64,000 bases of DNA from assembly GCA_036381195.1 (NCBI GenBank), contig DASVDH010000062.1, forward strand, positions 5,622 to 69,621, read 5' to 3'. Below are positions 36,539 to 46,541 of this stretch, piece after piece (position 1 is the first letter of the stretch; each line of letters starts with the position of its first letter). Made by a program: the position numbers and the translations under genes. This DNA comes from Longimicrobiales bacterium (lineage in GTDB: Bacteria > Gemmatimonadota > Gemmatimonadetes > Longimicrobiales > RSA9). Below the pieces are notes generated by a model. That model did no database searches. It was not told the DNA's origin and saw nothing but the letters and a program-made list of their open reading frames with translations.

Positions 36539-37218
36539 CTCCCTTGCTCGCCCGGGACGAAGCTGAAGGCGAGAGAGAAGCGCAGGTTGTGTACGGTGCT
36601 CTTCGCCTCCGGGATGTCCGGGTTGGGATGTGGCATGGTCCGGTCGATGTAGAGCGGGTCGACGACGCTGAACACCTCGCGGTCGAAGCCGGTATAGATC
36701 TCGTCGCGCACATCGAGGCGCAGGCCGATGGTGCCCGCGCTCATGAGCTGGATCCCGCCGCCGACCATCCAGGTCGAGAAGCCCTCACTGTGCTGGCCGC
36801 GGTTCTGCTCGGGATCCATGAAGAAGCGCGTGCGCCCCAGGCCGGCGGTCACGTACGGCACCAGACTCTGGGCCAGGGGGAAGCGCAGCACGCCCGCGAG
36901 GCCGAACCCGATCTGCGTCACTTCCTGGTCCGGCAGGTAGCGGAACGTGCTGTCCTCGAACTCGAGCCCCACCAGCGGGAAATACTCGCCCTTCGTCGTG
37001 GGTCGCCCGACCGAGAGGTAGCCGCCCACGCCGATCGCCCCGGTCGCGAAGTACACCGCCTCGATGCCCGCAGCCGGCCCGTTCTCGAGCGCGGCGGCAT
37101 CGTCGAAGCGCTGCCAGCCGAGCAGCGTGTTCACCTCGAACTCTCCCGGCCGCGCCTGGGCAGCGAGCGGCGCGGCGGCCATCAGGGCCAGGAGCACGGT
37201 CCCGAAAACGGTTCGCAT
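36535..37218 (-). CDS. Small outer-membrane beta-barrel (OmpA-N/porin-like)
   Basis: Signal peptide, PYVTAGLG, alternating beta-strands (GLRLDVRD) and terminal strand NLRFSLAFSF. Confidence 0.8.
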   Translation of the reverse strand: MRTVFGTVLLALMAAAPLAAQARPGEFEVNTLLGWQRFDDAAALENGPAAGIEAVYFATGAIGVGGYLSVGRPTTKGEYFPLVGLEFEDSTFRYLPDQEVTQIGFGLAGVLRFPLAQSLVPYVTAGLGRTRFFMDPEQNRGQHSEGFSTWMVGGGIQLMSAGTIGLRLDVRDEIYTGFDREVFSVVDPLYIDRTMPHPNPDIPEAKSTVHNLRFSLAFSFVPGEQGR

Positions 37219-37230
37219 GCCGCGCCTCCT

Positions 37231-38355
37231 CTAGAATCCGAACTCGAAGGAGAAGACCTGGTTGTGCCCGAGGGCGTCACCGAGGGCCGTGTACGCGTAA
37301 TCGAGCGCGATCCTGCGGTCCCCGACGGGGAGCCGCAGGCCGAGGCCGCCGGACAGGCCATCGGTGAACTCCCAGCCGGCCCGCGGCTCGTTGCGGAAGT
37401 GCTTGCCCGCGCGCACGAAGAACATCCCGCGGTACGAGTACTCCGCCCCGAACGACGGCTCCATGAGACTCGTCGTCGCGTCCTGGATCGAGGTGAGGAA
37501 GGCGAGCCCGTGGTCGGCGCTCGGCCCGAGGATCGCGTCCGGCGCGCCGTAGAGCTCCGCCCGGATTCCGAAGCGGAACGCGGTCGGGAGCTGGAGCTTC
37601 CGCGTGCGGAGCTCCACATCCACCGGGTCGCCGGAAGGAATCGTCCCCTGGTTCGGCGACGAGGGCATCACGGTCTCGATCGCGCCGCCGCGGAACTGGC
37701 CGGTGGTGCCCACGTTCACGACGGCGGCCCCCATCGTGATACCGTAGATCCCGGTGTGGAAGATCGTGGAGAGGTCGAGGCCCACGTAGCTCGCGGTCGC
37801 CTGCGTGATCCCCTCCTGGATGTACTTGGCGCTGATGCCCACGTTGAGCCGGTCGGTGATCGCGCGGCTGTAATGCAGCCCAAACGCCGTGCCCGCCCAC
37901 TCCACGAACTCGGCGCGCTGCGGGTCGCCCCCGGTCGGCCACTGCTCGGTCGTCACGCGGACGTCTCCGGACGAGAAGCGCGTCAGCGAGGCGCCGATCA
38001 CGTTCCCCGGCGAGAGCGGCAGCGCCGCGGCGAGGTAGGTGTGAGTCACGCCGGAGGAGCCGTACAGCTCCGCGTAGCTGACCGCGCCGGAGACGCCCTG
38101 GATCCCGACGATCGCGGAGGAGTTCCAGTAGAGCGAGTTGAGCCCCTCGGCCGCCGCGACCACGGCGCCGCCCAGCGCGAGCTCCCTGGCGCCCACGCCG
38201 ATCTCGAGGAAGTTCGCCCCGCGCGTCCCCACCCGCGTGATCCCGCGGTTGGGGTCCGACTGGAGTTGTGTGCCCTGGCGCTGCGCCCACCCTGTCGTGG
38301 TGGTGGACGCCAGCAGAACGAGCGCCGTCAGGCAGGTCCTGATTCGCATGGTCAT
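37231..38355 (-). CDS. PorV/PorQ-family (FadL-like) outer-membrane barrel
   Basis: Signature VGTRGANFLEIGVGARELALGGA...SLYWN, LPTAFRFG, ALDYAY and terminal F. Confidence 0.85.
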   Translation of the reverse strand: MTMRIRTCLTALVLLASTTTTGWAQRQGTQLQSDPNRGITRVGTRGANFLEIGVGARELALGGAVVAAAEGLNSLYWNSSAIVGIQGVSGAVSYAELYGSSGVTHTYLAAALPLSPGNVIGASLTRFSSGDVRVTTEQWPTGGDPQRAEFVEWAGTAFGLHYSRAITDRLNVGISAKYIQEGITQATASYVGLDLSTIFHTGIYGITMGAAVVNVGTTGQFRGGAIETVMPSSPNQGTIPSGDPVDVELRTRKLQLPTAFRFGIRAELYGAPDAILGPSADHGLAFLTSIQDATTSLMEPSFGAEYSYRGMFFVRAGKHFRNEPRAGWEFTDGLSGGLGLRLPVGDRRIALDYAYTALGDALGHNQVFSFEFGF

Positions 38356-38362
38356 CCCCACC

Positions 38363-41300
38363 TCAGCGGATCACGATGAACTTGCCGAGCTTGCGGCGCG
38401 TGGCGCCGGTCTCGGGGTCGCGCGCCGTCACGACGAACATGTAGAAGCCCGCGGCGAGGTCGGTCTCCTCGTGCGTCCTCATGTTCCAGAAGAGATCGCC
38501 GTCGCCGGTCAGGTCCTGCGGCGTCCACGTGATGCGTTGCACGAACTGCCCCGCCGCCGTGTAGATGGTGATCTCACCGCTCGGCGGCAGGTTCGTGAAC
38601 GCCAGCCGCGCGCCGTCGCCCGCGACCTCGTACGCCGAGGCGACGACGTACGGGTTCGGCACGACCAGCACGTCATCCAGCGAGTGTCGGCCGAGCGAAG
38701 CGATGGCCTCGCCCCGCACGCTCGGCGAGACGGTGAACGCCAGCTCCACGCCGGAGCGCAGCGGGATGCCGAACCGCGCCACCAACGTGTAGTCCGGCCG
38801 CATCCGGTTGTAGCCGCCGCTCGTACCCGGCCCGACCACCGGGTTGCAGCTCGGGAGGTCGCCGGAGCAGCCGATCCGGGCGGGCGCCCACGTCACGGCG
38901 AGCTGCGGCGCGTACACCGGCTGCCCATCTTGCAGCACGACTTCACCCGCAGCGTCCGTCTGCGCGACCGGAACCTCCTCGAGGAGGTAGACGGGCGTGC
39001 CGGGCATCCACTTCCCTTCGGGCACCCGGATCCACGCCGTATCCGCGCCGGAGCCGATCCGGATCGCTTCCGGCAGGTCTGCGGCCAGCACGGCCACGGT
39101 CACGGGCCGGTTGCCGTACGACGCGTTGGTGATCGTGAAGGGCAATCCGACGGCCGCCAATTCGTCCGGCGACACGGTGCGGCCCAGGGCCGCGCTCAGC
39201 GCGTCCGCGACCGCCTGCCCCGTCGCCGAGGTCGCGGCATCGGCCCGCCGCGCGATCGCGTCCTCCACCACGGCGCGCGTCGCGTCCCGGTCCATGGCGT
39301 TGATCCGGAACGGCGCGGTGCTGCCGTACGGATCGTCACTCCAGCGGATCAGGTAGCGGCCGTAGGACGCGCCCGTCGCGGTGCCGCCGAGGAAGCGCTG
39401 GAACGGCCACGCGTCGCTGTTCGGGATGACCTCGTCCTGCGCGTTGCGGTACTCGGTCGGGTACTGCCTGCCCAGCGAGTCCCGTACGCTCACGATGAGG
39501 CCCGGGAACTCCGGCCGGCCGAAGATGGCGTTCGGCGTGAAGCTGGACGAGAGGTTGGCCGAGACGTAGAGCGGCTCGCCCGCGCCGGTCACCAGGATCC
39601 CCGCGCGCGCGCGCACCCGCGTCTCCTCGGAATCCGCGGTGCTCGTGCGGACCAGCGCGGTGTCCGGCCCCGTGACCAGGATCCCCGTCGGCTGCGTGGA
39701 CTTCCAGCGCAGCGGCGCCGCGGCCGAGTAGTCCTTGTAGACCGGCGCGCCGCCCGGTCCGAAGCCGACCAGCGCAGAGCGGTACGCGCTCACGATGGTG
39801 CTGTCCCGTGCCTCCGCCGGGCCGTACGCCGTGACGACGACCGAGTCCACGAACACCAGTCGGTACGAGACCTCGGCGTCCAGCTCCTCGACCACGTCCA
39901 CGACGACGTTCGCCAGGCCCGCCGTCGCGCCGTCTACCACGAACGGTGTGCCGACGAAGCCGGGCGACGTCCAGAGCCCGCCGCTCAACCCGTCCAGGGC
40001 GATGCGCGCGCCCCGGCCGCCCGCCTGCGAGCTGATCGGCACGTAGACGCTCTCCACGTTGGGCAGAGAGGGGTTCGTCGCCAGCGTGTTCCGCGTCGGC
40101 GGCGTCACCTCGTAGACGGTGCGGTCCACGCCGTCGAACACGCCGTCTTCATCGACGTCCACGCTGTCCCAGACGGTGAAGCGGATGCCAGGGCTCTCGG
40201 CCACGAACGCGTACAGGTAACTCTGGCCCGGCAGCACATAGGGATCCTCGTAGACGGTCGGGAAATCGCCACTCGAGTTCCTGACGATCTGGTCGTAGGC
40301 TTGCCAGCCCGGCGAGACGGTGTTGCCCAGATCGTCCTCGAGCGGCGCGGCCCGGCAGCGGCCGCTCTGCGGCGTGTCGTCCGCCGTGAAGGTCGCCCCG
40401 CCGTCGCACGACTTGTAGACGAGGATCCGGCTGACGTTGCCGTGGTTGTACGCCCGGATGCTGTCCACCAGCCAGGGGTTCAGCGCGTACAGCCGCTCGA
40501 GGCGCGTGTCGCCCGTCGTGCCCTGCTCGATCTTGTCCGCGAGCCGCGCGGTGTACTCGTCCACCCACTGCGAGGCCGCATCATCCAGGAAGATGCGGAC
40601 CCGCGGCTGGCCCAGGTCGCGAATGCCGCCCTGCGCCGTGGCGCGGATCGTGACCGGGGCGGGCACGTCCGGCCCGAGGTAGAAGTCCCGATAGAACTGG
40701 TACGTGTTCTCGAGCAGCGCCGCGAACTGCGCGGAGTCCACCGCGGCGAGGAACGCGACGGTGAAGCCGACCGAGTCTCCGGCCTTGAGCGGGAACGGGC
40801 CCGCGCCGGACCAGGTGTTGTTGTACGAGTAGTTGCCCGTCCCGTCCGGGAGCGTGTCGGACCACAGCGCCACGCACGCGTTCAGCACGGGGTTGCAGGT
40901 GTCGAAGAACAGCGTGTCCGGCCCCGTCGCGGGCGCGCCCTCCGGGCGGTTCGTGTAGGTCCAGTTCGGGTCGGGCACGTACCAGTTGAAGCAGCCCGGC
41001 CCGCGCGGATCGTTGGCGATGTCGCAGCGCTCGGCGCCCGGGCCCGAGCCGTTGTAGGGTTTGATCAGCATCCACGTGTCGTAGCCGGTCATCGCCGCGG
41101 GATCCCGGCCGTTCAGCGCGTCCGCCGTGTTGGCCGCGATCACGCCGTAGCCGCCGCGCCGGTCCGGCCCGAGGAACTGGATCTGCCCGCACTCGAAGCC
41201 GCAGAGCGACATCCGGTTGAACGTGATGGTGTCGCCGGCGAGTGGATGGCTGGGGTCGTAGAACGGGGAGTTCGGATCCGAGAAGTGCTTGTTGCGCAGG

Positions 41301-42580
41301 TCGCCGATGGGGCTCTTCAGCCACATGATGCCGGTGGCGCCGACACGGAAGCCGCGCCCCACACGCGCCCGCAGCGCCGGACAGTTGATCCAGTCCACGT
41401 CCGGCGGGATCTCGAGCCCGTCACAGTCGGGCGTCCGCCCCAGCTCGTTGGAGACCACCGCGCCGCGCTCGACGATCGCGTGCACCGCGGCGCGCCGGCC
41501 GCTCCCGGGCGGCGCACGCAGCCAGCGGGTCTGGAAGCCGAAGTACAGCGAGTCGTAGTCCAGCCCGACGCCGTACACTTCCTCGGTGTTGTTGATCAGC
41601 ACGCCCTGGAGGATGAACATCCCGGCGACGGTCGGGACGTTGAACGTGAAGGCGTCGAACGCGATGTCGATGCCGAGCGGGTATCCCTCGAGCTGCGGGT
41701 CACCCGTCCCGCCGGGGACCACGCTGCCGTACATGGCCCGGATCTCGCGCCCGTGATCGCTCATCATGCCGAACGTCTGGAACGCCGTGCCGATGAACTG
41801 GCGATTCGGGTCGTGCAGCTCTTCCGGGACGAGCCACCAGTCGAAGGTGAACTGGGAGCCCCTCTGCCGGAAGAACTCCTCCCAGCCTTCCTGCGAGATC
41901 GGGCGCGCGCCCTGCCAGCCGGCGCTGCCCCAGGTTTCCGGGCAGTCCGAGCCGGCCATGAGCGGGAAGCCCGCCTGGATGAACGAGGCCGTGTGGTTCT
42001 TGCAGGTGTCGTCGTTCGTGGACTGGGCGCCCGAGTGGAGCACGCCGAACGAGCCGTCGTGGGCGGTGAAGTGCTCGATGTCGGGGTAGAGGTTGGTCTC
42101 CCACATGTAGCCGCCGCCGATCACGTTCTGCAGGCTCGCGACCGTCTCGCGGTGGCGCCGCCACTCGCTGGGCGCCGCCGCGATGTACGGCTGGAGGTCG
42201 AAGACCTCCCAGACCCAGGTGCTCGGCCCCGCCTCGACGCCGCGCTTCTGGATGGGTGGGTAATCGGTGCGCTGCCACGGCCCCATGCCGTAGTTGCCGA
42301 CCCAGAACGCGATGTTCTGGGAGGCGGCGCGCAGGCCGGTGTACGCGATATCACCCTGGCCGCGCAGGTTGAACGGCGAGCGTGCCAGGAAATCAGCGTC
42401 GCACAGGCGCGCGGGCGGCGGGACCCGCGGGTTCTCCCACTCCTCGCACGGCGTCGGCACGCCGGCTGGTGGCTGCCTGAACGCCTGGGCCGCGAGGTCC
42501 GCCGGCGCCGCCAGGCCGATGGCCGCCGCGAGGGCGAGGAGACGCAGGTGAGCCGGGGGTTTCTGCATCAGGATCCTCAT
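38363..42580 (-). CDS. Large secreted protein (1405 aa) with T9SS type-A-like C-terminal sorting domain
   Basis: Signal peptide and a Cys-rich N-half. C-terminus VLVVPNPY...FTNLP...ITIYTAAGQFV...WNMRT...AAGFYMFVV...KLGKFIVIR is CTD-like. Contains a DVDEDG Ca-binding-like loop. Confidence 0.8.
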   Translation of the reverse strand: MRILMQKPPAHLRLLALAAAIGLAAPADLAAQAFRQPPAGVPTPCEEWENPRVPPPARLCDADFLARSPFNLRGQGDIAYTGLRAASQNIAFWVGNYGMGPWQRTDYPPIQKRGVEAGPSTWVWEVFDLQPYIAAAPSEWRRHRETVASLQNVIGGGYMWETNLYPDIEHFTAHDGSFGVLHSGAQSTNDDTCKNHTASFIQAGFPLMAGSDCPETWGSAGWQGARPISQEGWEEFFRQRGSQFTFDWWLVPEELHDPNRQFIGTAFQTFGMMSDHGREIRAMYGSVVPGGTGDPQLEGYPLGIDIAFDAFTFNVPTVAGMFILQGVLINNTEEVYGVGLDYDSLYFGFQTRWLRAPPGSGRRAAVHAIVERGAVVSNELGRTPDCDGLEIPPDVDWINCPALRARVGRGFRVGATGIMWLKSPIGDLRNKHFSDPNSPFYDPSHPLAGDTITFNRMSLCGFECGQIQFLGPDRRGGYGVIAANTADALNGRDPAAMTGYDTWMLIKPYNGSGPGAERCDIANDPRGPGCFNWYVPDPNWTYTNRPEGAPATGPDTLFFDTCNPVLNACVALWSDTLPDGTGNYSYNNTWSGAGPFPLKAGDSVGFTVAFLAAVDSAQFAALLENTYQFYRDFYLGPDVPAPVTIRATAQGGIRDLGQPRVRIFLDDAASQWVDEYTARLADKIEQGTTGDTRLERLYALNPWLVDSIRAYNHGNVSRILVYKSCDGGATFTADDTPQSGRCRAAPLEDDLGNTVSPGWQAYDQIVRNSSGDFPTVYEDPYVLPGQSYLYAFVAESPGIRFTVWDSVDVDEDGVFDGVDRTVYEVTPPTRNTLATNPSLPNVESVYVPISSQAGGRGARIALDGLSGGLWTSPGFVGTPFVVDGATAGLANVVVDVVEELDAEVSYRLVFVDSVVVTAYGPAEARDSTIVSAYRSALVGFGPGGAPVYKDYSAAAPLRWKSTQPTGILVTGPDTALVRTSTADSEETRVRARAGILVTGAGEPLYVSANLSSSFTPNAIFGRPEFPGLIVSVRDSLGRQYPTEYRNAQDEVIPNSDAWPFQRFLGGTATGASYGRYLIRWSDDPYGSTAPFRINAMDRDATRAVVEDAIARRADAATSATGQAVADALSAALGRTVSPDELAAVGLPFTITNASYGNRPVTVAVLAADLPEAIRIGSGADTAWIRVPEGKWMPGTPVYLLEEVPVAQTDAAGEVVLQDGQPVYAPQLAVTWAPARIGCSGDLPSCNPVVGPGTSGGYNRMRPDYTLVARFGIPLRSGVELAFTVSPSVRGEAIASLGRHSLDDVLVVPNPYVVASAYEVAGDGARLAFTNLPPSGEITIYTAAGQFVQRITWTPQDLTGDGDLFWNMRTHEETDLAAGFYMFVVTARDPETGATRRKLGKFIVIR

Positions 42581-42614
42581 CCGTTCCTCTTCGTCGACTT
42601 GATCCGGTCGATGC

Positions 42615-45600
42615 TCAGAAGGTCACGCGGATGCCCGCGTTGATCGCACGCGGCGCCGCCACCATGTCGGGGCGGTCCCAGATGTCGGCGGTCGTCGAGG
42701 TCTCCGAGATGCTGCCGCCGCCGATCACGTCGAACCGGCCAGCCATGCCGCTGCCGCCCTCGCAGTCGCCCGTCGTGGGGAAGACCTGCAGGCAGTTGCG
42801 GCGGTTGAACAGGTTCGTGATGCGCACGAACGCGCCGTAGCGGAGGTTCGCCACCTGCCAGTCCTTGCGGAGCAGCAGGTTCACGTTGAAGGTCGCCGGG
42901 CTCGTCCCGCTGTTCCGCTCCGCGTCCCCCACGGCGTAGGCCAGCTCCGGCGTGTACGGCAGGCCGCTCGCCGCGCGCAGCGTGACGCTGGCCGACGTGT
43001 TGCGCAGCAGGTTGCCCAGCGGGATGTCCGGCGCGTCATTGCCCACCGCGAAGCGCAGCACGCCGTTGAAGACGTGCGCCTGGTCGATCTCCGAGCGGAT
43101 CTCCTGGTAGGCCGGCGGGTCGTTCTGCGCCTGCTTCAGCATCTCGAGGTCGGGCGGCGCCGCGTTCGTCCGCATCTGCGAGAGGGAGTAGCGCAGGTCG
43201 AACCCCCAGTAGTCGCCCAGCCGCCGCGCGAGCGAGACCTCGAGCCCCCGCACCGTCTGGTAGTCCAGGTTCAGCAGCACGGTGTAGCTCGGCGTCGAGC
43301 TGTTGTTGTAGTTCGCGCCCGGGTCGAATACCGGCGTGCCCGCCTCCGTCACACCGCCGCGGCGGATCCCCGTCAAGCCGAGCTGGTCCTTGTTGAACAG
43401 CACGGCCGAGAGCGCGTAGTTGTCGAACAGCTCCGCGAGGAAGCCGAACTCGTAGGAGGACGTCTGCTCCGTCACGAGCTGCGGGTTGCCGATCAGGATG
43501 CTGCCGGTCTCGTGGAAGAACCGCGCCGCCTGCGGCGTACCCTCCAGCGGCGTGCCAATCCCCGTGCCGCGATACATGTTGTGCAGCAAGGGGTTCTGGC
43601 TGTAACGCCCGAAGTTGAAGAAGAAGCTCGAGTTCTCGGTCACCGGCACGCTCACGCCGAGACGCGGCGACCACTGCTTGCGGACGGGCGCCTCCTTGAA
43701 GTCGTCCTTCATCGCGACCGCGTTCGCCTCGTCGAACAGGGCCCTGTCCAGGCCGCACGCCTGCACGCCCGTGTACACGGCGCCCGTGGCCGTGTCGACG
43801 TACTGGAACCTGTCCGCCGGCAGGCCGAACGCGGTCGGGTTCTCGCACACGTGATAGAGCGTCGTGCCGTTCGTCGGGTCGCGCGGGTTCGCCCAGAACA
43901 GCCCGTCCGCGCGGCCGTAGTCGAACCGGAACCCGAGGTTCACGCGCAGGAAGTCGAACTCGATGTTGTCCTGGACGTACGCCGCCGCATCCCACGGCTT
44001 GGCCGCGTAGCGGGAGATGTCCAGCGCGACGTTGTTCAGGCCGACCTGCTGGAACTCCTCGAAGGCGACGTCATGGCGCTGGAAGAAGACGCCGGCCTTG
44101 ATGTTGTGGTGGTCGCCGAGCTGCGTCTGCAGGTCGAACCGGCCGACCCACGTCTTCAGCTCCTCGCCCCCGTAGATCTTGTCCGTGCCGAAGAACGGCT
44201 GACGCCCGTACGCGCGGGAGGAGCCCGTGGTGTGGAAGGGGCCCGCCCAGTACGTGTAGGCCATCCGGTCCTCGATGCACACGCCGCTCACGAACGTGCA
44301 CGTCGTGCGGTTCTGGTCGAAGCGCCCGATCGCCGCCGTGTAGGCCGTCCGGCTCAGCGTGTGGTCCCACTTGAGCACCCAGAGCCGCCGGTTCTGGTTG
44401 ATCGAGCTCTGGAGCACGTACTGCTGCTCCTGGTTCGTCGCCTGGAGGTCCTCGATGACCTGCGGATCCACCCCGTTCAGGAACACGGTGCGGCAGATGT
44501 CCTCGCTGTCCGGGTACAGCTCCGTGCAGCGGCCGAACATGTCGAAGCCGCTGCGCAGCCAGCTGAACATGTAGGGCTGCGTCTGCCGCTGATAGTCCAG
44601 ACCGAGGAAGGAGAGCTTCGCCGCCGGCGTGAAGTAGTAGGTCAGCTTGCCGTAGAGGTCCCGCCGGCTGTCGAAGCCGAGCTGACGGTAGCCCGGGAAG
44701 AGGTCGTAGATGCTCGCGTAGCGGTTCGCCAGGTCACGCTCGCTCGCGTACGGGTTGTAGACCAGGTCGTCGAACTTGAGCACCCGGCCCACGCCGGACT
44801 CGAACTGCGCCGCCGCCATGAAGCGCAGCTTGTTCGAGGTGAGCGGCACCGGCCCGCTCACGAAGCCGTCGAGCTGCTCCCATTCCCGCATCTCGTCGTA
44901 CTCGGAGCCCAGTGCGCCGCCCACCGCCGAGGTCTGGTACTCGATCGCGCCCTCGAGCTCCTCACCCCCCTCGCGGGTCGCGATGTTGATCACGCCCGAG
45001 AGCGCGTTGCCGTACTGCGCCTCGAACCCGCCCCGCAGGTAGTCCACCTGCTCGACGGCCTTGCTCGGCAGGAACATCGCCGGCCCGCCGAACACGAAGT
45101 TGTTGATCGGGATGCCATCCACCAGCGTCAGGGTCTCGCCCTGCCGGCCGCCCCGGATGCGCACCGGCGTGAGCCCGCGCCGCTGCTCGTCGTAGCTGAT
45201 GACGTCCGTGTTCTGCGGCACCTCCAGGAACCCGTGCTGCAACGCCAGCACGCCCTGCAGGTCGTTCACCGGCAGCGCCTGGATCTGCTCCGCCGTGATC
45301 ACGTTGGAGGCGCCCGTCGCCCGCGTCTCGATCAGCGGAACGCGTTCCGCCTCCACCACGACGGCTTCCACCGCCAGGGCCTCGCTGGGCAGCTCGAAGT
45401 CCACCGTGCGCGTGACGTCGATCGAAACCTGCACGTTCTCCTTGCGCACAGTCGCGTACCCGATGAGCTGCGCCGAGACCGTGTAGACGCCGGGTGGGAC
45501 GTTGATCAGGAAGTAGCGCCCGTTCTCCTGCGTCAGCACGCTGCGCCCGGTTCCCTCCACGGTCACCTGGGCGCCCGCCAGCGGCTCCCCCGTCGCCGCA

Positions 45601-45722
45601 TCGGTGACCAGCCCCGTCAGCTTGCCGGTCTGCGCCTGCGCCGGACGGGCGCTCAGCGCCGCGAGCGCGAGCAGGGCCAGGCCACTTCCGAGGATGGCTC
45701 TCATCCTGGTGGGGGACATCAT
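42615..45722 (-). CDS. TonB-dependent receptor with carboxypeptidase-like N-domain
   Basis: QTGKLTGLVTD, IRGGRQGETLTLVDGIPI, GGFEAQYGNALSGVINIATREG, SPRLGVSVP and terminal GIRVTF. RBS GGAGG. Confidence 0.93.
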   Translation of the reverse strand: MMSPTRMRAILGSGLALLALAALSARPAQAQTGKLTGLVTDAATGEPLAGAQVTVEGTGRSVLTQENGRYFLINVPPGVYTVSAQLIGYATVRKENVQVSIDVTRTVDFELPSEALAVEAVVVEAERVPLIETRATGASNVITAEQIQALPVNDLQGVLALQHGFLEVPQNTDVISYDEQRRGLTPVRIRGGRQGETLTLVDGIPINNFVFGGPAMFLPSKAVEQVDYLRGGFEAQYGNALSGVINIATREGGEELEGAIEYQTSAVGGALGSEYDEMREWEQLDGFVSGPVPLTSNKLRFMAAAQFESGVGRVLKFDDLVYNPYASERDLANRYASIYDLFPGYRQLGFDSRRDLYGKLTYYFTPAAKLSFLGLDYQRQTQPYMFSWLRSGFDMFGRCTELYPDSEDICRTVFLNGVDPQVIEDLQATNQEQQYVLQSSINQNRRLWVLKWDHTLSRTAYTAAIGRFDQNRTTCTFVSGVCIEDRMAYTYWAGPFHTTGSSRAYGRQPFFGTDKIYGGEELKTWVGRFDLQTQLGDHHNIKAGVFFQRHDVAFEEFQQVGLNNVALDISRYAAKPWDAAAYVQDNIEFDFLRVNLGFRFDYGRADGLFWANPRDPTNGTTLYHVCENPTAFGLPADRFQYVDTATGAVYTGVQACGLDRALFDEANAVAMKDDFKEAPVRKQWSPRLGVSVPVTENSSFFFNFGRYSQNPLLHNMYRGTGIGTPLEGTPQAARFFHETGSILIGNPQLVTEQTSSYEFGFLAELFDNYALSAVLFNKDQLGLTGIRRGGVTEAGTPVFDPGANYNNSSTPSYTVLLNLDYQTVRGLEVSLARRLGDYWGFDLRYSLSQMRTNAAPPDLEMLKQAQNDPPAYQEIRSEIDQAHVFNGVLRFAVGNDAPDIPLGNLLRNTSASVTLRAASGLPYTPELAYAVGDAERNSGTSPATFNVNLLLRKDWQVANLRYGAFVRITNLFNRRNCLQVFPTTGDCEGGSGMAGRFDVIGGGSISETSTTADIWDRPDMVAAPRAINAGIRVTF

Positions 45723-45897
45723 CGGCACCTCCGTACGCCGTTGGAACTTGAACGGAGAAAATCGGCACGGCTGCGCGCAGCCGGGTGAAGAGCACGCCAA
45801 GGCGCGCCGGCAATTCGCATCATCGCAGTCCACAGAATGAGGAGCAGAATGCAGGGCTGTGCGCTACACTGCGTCCAAACACCGGACTACAGCCGCT

Positions 45898-45927
45898 ACT
45901 CTACACGCCACCCACCACCCCTGTCAA
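45898..45927 (-). promoter_or_regulatory. Putative sigma70 promoter TTGACA-N18-TAGAGT
   Basis: tgtcaa at 45922-45927 and actcta at 45898-45903. Confidence 0.6.
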
Positions 45928-46541
45928 GCAAACTCCGTCCACGCCACGGCCGGACCACCCCCGGCCCATCCCCACAACGCGCCGGGCGCCCCGTTCCTGA
46001 CAGTCGCCCGCTTGCTGCCCAGACCCTACACGCCGGCCCCGCCGGAGCACGCACGCCCCGGGGGCACCGGTCGGAACGCCTGGAGGCACGGCAGGGCCCG
46101 GGCCCGGCGGTCCCGCCCGCGAGAGTCCCCGGAACGGGGCTTGCCCCGCCACGCCGCCCGCTCTCCCTCGACCGGCCCGCCGCCGCGGAGCGTGCCCCCG
46201 CGACGGAGCCTCCGCCACCGAGTGTGCTCCTGATCCAGGGAGCTCCGTCGTGGAGCATACTCCCACCACGGAGCCGTCATCGCGAAGCGCGCTCCTACCA
46301 GGGGAACCCGCCGACCGTGCTCCGACCGCGGAGCCCCGCCGCCAAGCGTGCTGCGGTCACCGGGCGTGCTGCCACCACCCGCCGCCATCGGTGCGCCTCC
46401 GCGCGGAAGCCCCGCAGCATGGAGGCCCGGTGGCGCCAGCCGCATGGCCACAGGGGAGCACGCGCGCGTGCGCCCCGTGACCGGCCGCCGCTCGCCGCCG
46501 CCCCGTGCCTCCGGGCACGATCCTCGCCCCGGTGGCAGGGC

